The position numbers and the translations under genes are program-made. Shown here piece after piece: positions 61,987-64,000 of a stretch of DNA of 64,000 nt. The stretch is from an uncultured Clostridia bacterium (GTDB lineage: Bacteria; Bacillota; Clostridia; Christensenellales; DTU072). The notes below the pieces were generated by a model. It saw only the letters and a list, made by a program, of their open reading frames with translations, was not told the origin of the DNA and did not search any database. The stretch is from contig CALVYG010000004.1 of assembly GCA_944372095.1 (NCBI GenBank), forward strand, positions 7,504 to 71,503, written 5' to 3'. Numbering within the stretch: the first letter of the stretch is position 1; each line of letters begins with the position of its first letter.

Positions 61987-64000
61987 TTTATACCGGGAAA
62001 GTTGACGAGATAATTTATACGAACGAAGAGAACGGTTATACCGTTTTGGTTTTTGATGCCGATAGCGACATATTCGTTGCCGTCGGCATTTTTCCGCCCG
62101 TAACGGAAGGGGAAATGCTGAAAATAGAGGGCGAATTCAAGGAAAACAAAAAATACGGAGAACAATTTGTCGTAAATGAAGTTAATTTCGTCATGCCCGA
62201 GGACGAGTACGGAATAGTAAGGTACTTATCGAGCGGATTGTTCAAAGGGATAGGCGAAAGGCTTGCGAAAGACATAGTGGAAAAATTCGGGACGAAAACC
62301 CTTGAAATAATTGAAAACAATCCCGACAAATTAAGAGAAGTAAACGGAATAGGAAAGAAGAAACTGGCGGAGATAAAGGCCTGTTACGAAGAAACGAGGA
62401 GAATGAAAGAAAGTATCCTTTTCCTTCAAAAATACGACGTAACGATGAATCTTGCATTGAAGATATACCGGAAATACGGCGAAAGCACCGTCGATATGAT
62501 GAAAATGAATCCTTATATACTGATAAACGACGTAGAGGGAGTGGGATTTGTCACGGCGGACAGAATAGCGTTGAAAATAGGGATAAAACCCGACAGTAAA
62601 TTCCGTATATCCGCAGGAATAATGCAGACTGTAATTGAAAGCGGAGTAAGAGCGGGGCATACGTGTCTGCCCGAAGAAGAGGTGATAGAGGGAGCGAGGA
62701 AATTGCTTCAACTCGATAAAAGTCTTATCGAAAACGTATATTACGGAATGAACGATTTAAGGAAAGAAACCGTGGATGGGCAGATACTCGTAACCACGTC
62801 GGTGAATTATCACGCGGAAAACGGCATAGCCGCAAAGCTCGTAAAACTCAATATGACGGTGAGAAAAAACGACGTGGACGTAGCGACGGAATTGGAAATA
62901 TTCGAAAGACAGACGGATATAATATTAGACGATAACCAGAGAAAAGCGATAAAAAGCGTATTCGATAACGGAGTAACGGTAATAACGGGCGGGCCGGGAA
63001 CCGGAAAAACAACAATAATAAAGGGTATAGTGAGAATACTTGAAAACCGAGGGAAAAGGGCGATATTATGCGCGCCTACCGGAAGAGCAAGCAAGCGTAT
63101 GATGGAAGCAACCGGCGTTGAAGCAAAGACAATACACAGATTGCTCGGGATAGACGGTATAGGGAAAACTGCAAGTTATAACGAAGGAAGTCCGTTGCCT
63201 TGCGACGCGCTTATAATCGACGAAATAAGTATGGCTGACATTTATATATTCAGCGCATTGGTAAAAGCGATACCCCTCGGAGCGAGGCTTGTGCTCGTAG
63301 GCGATAAGGACCAGCTTCCCAGCGTTGCCTGCGGAAACATATTAAGCGACGTCATCAACAGTAAGATAATAAATACGGTGTTTCTGACAGAAGTTTACAG
63401 ACAGGCGTCATACAGCATGATAGTAGAGAACGCGCACAGAATAAACCGCGGAGAAATGCCGATAGTAAAAAATGCAAAAGACTTCTTTTTGAGTTCCAAA
63501 AGCAATATAAAGGAAATCCAAAACGATGTATTAAGTATGATACAGACCAGAATCCCGTCATATATGAACATAACAAGCGCGGACGTGCAGGTGCTTAGTC
63601 CCATAAAGAGGACGGAGATAGGTGTGGAATATCTTAACGGACTTTTGCAGGAAGCGCTTAATTCGGACGGAGAAGAGCTGGTGCATAAGGACATAAAATT
63701 CCGCACCGGCGACAGAGTTATGCAGACGGTCAATAATTATCAGCTTGAATGGAGAAGGATAAAGGGCTCGGAGAGGCAGGGAACGGGCGTTTTCAACGGA
63801 GATATCGGAGTCGTATCGGAAGTGTCGAAAGGAAAACTCACGGTAGAATATGACGACGGGAGAAAAGTAAATTACGAAGGGAGCGCGCTTGACGAACTGT
63901 CGCTCGCGTACTGTATAAGCGTACATAAATCACAGGGAAGCGAATTTCCCGTAGTGATATTGGTCCTGGGCAGAAGTTCGCCTATGCTTCTTACGAGAAA
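61983..64000 (+). CDS. recD2: RecD2-type (RecD/TraA family) ATP-dependent DNA helicase, 3' partial
   Basis: Not in the ORF track because it has no stop in the window. I translated frame 3 by hand: [24 protein letters not shown]..., HhH region ([12 protein letters not shown]), Walker [12 protein letters not shown] near 62985. ATGA overlap with metK. Confidence 0.85.
   Translation, partial: MIYTGKVDEIIYTNEENGYTVLVFDADSDIFVAVGIFPPVTEGEMLKIEGEFKENKKYGEQFVVNEVNFVMPEDEYGIVRYLSSGLFKGIGERLAKDIVEKFGTKTLEIIENNPDKLREVNGIGKKKLAEIKACYEETRRMKESILFLQKYDVTMNLALKIYRKYGESTVDMMKMNPYILINDVEGVGFVTADRIALKIGIKPDSKFRISAGIMQTVIESGVRAGHTCLPEEEVIEGARKLLQLDKSLIENVYYGMNDLRKETVDGQILVTTSVNYHAENGIAAKLVKLNMTVRKNDVDVATELEIFERQTDIILDDNQRKAIKSVFDNGVTVITGGPGTGKTTIIKGIVRILENRGKRAILCAPTGRASKRMMEATGVEAKTIHRLLGIDGIGKTASYNEGSPLPCDALIIDEISMADIYIFSALVKAIPLGARLVLVGDKDQLPSVACGNILSDVINSKIINTVFLTEVYRQASYSMIVENAHRINRGEMPIVKNAKDFFLSSKSNIKEIQNDVLSMIQTRIPSYMNITSADVQVLSPIKRTEIGVEYLNGLLQEALNSDGEELVHKDIKFRTGDRVMQTVNNYQLEWRRIKGSERQGTGVFNGDIGVVSEVSKGKLTVEYDDGRKVNYEGSALDELSLAYCISVHKSQGSEFPVVILVLGRSSPMLLTR

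Overview
This looks like a chromosomal, mostly housekeeping window from a low-to-moderate GC Gram-positive bacterium. I guess a Clostridia-like Firmicute, based on GGAGG ribosome-binding sites, TTGACA/TATAAT promoters, and Firmicute synteny (mfd followed by a PrsA-like lipoprotein; yycJ-like MBL near rlmH). There are about 45 protein genes. Core genes: rlmH, tadA-pth-mfd, hup, guaB, rplJ-rplL (with an L10-leader-like attenuator), rplI, secG, glyA, gdhA, ispDF, rpoB-rpoC, metK, and a 3'-partial recD2 that is absent from the supplied ORF track. There is one tRNA-Thr(GGU). Accessory content: giant BspA-type LRR surface proteins, GH27 and GH13 glycosidases, a COG0523 metallochaperone cluster, a WYL regulator beside a YolD/Y-family polymerase operon, tandem CPBP proteases, and a 1517-aa ORFan lipoprotein. 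I saw no integrase, transposase, CRISPR array, or recognisable defence or toxin system, so I cannot point to a clear novel protein system. The most unusual signals are non-coding: (1) three 236-237 bp tandem repeats next to tRNA-Thr, the first two carrying a tRNA 3'-half mimic ending in CCA and all three a bidirectional terminator and conserved hairpins; (2) a promoter-driven FMN-riboswitch-like aptamer with no gene to regulate, aimed convergently at the translesion-polymerase operon; (3) a terminator-containing guaB leader with no purine-aptamer motif I recognise. All calls come from reading motifs by eye. No database search or folding program was run.
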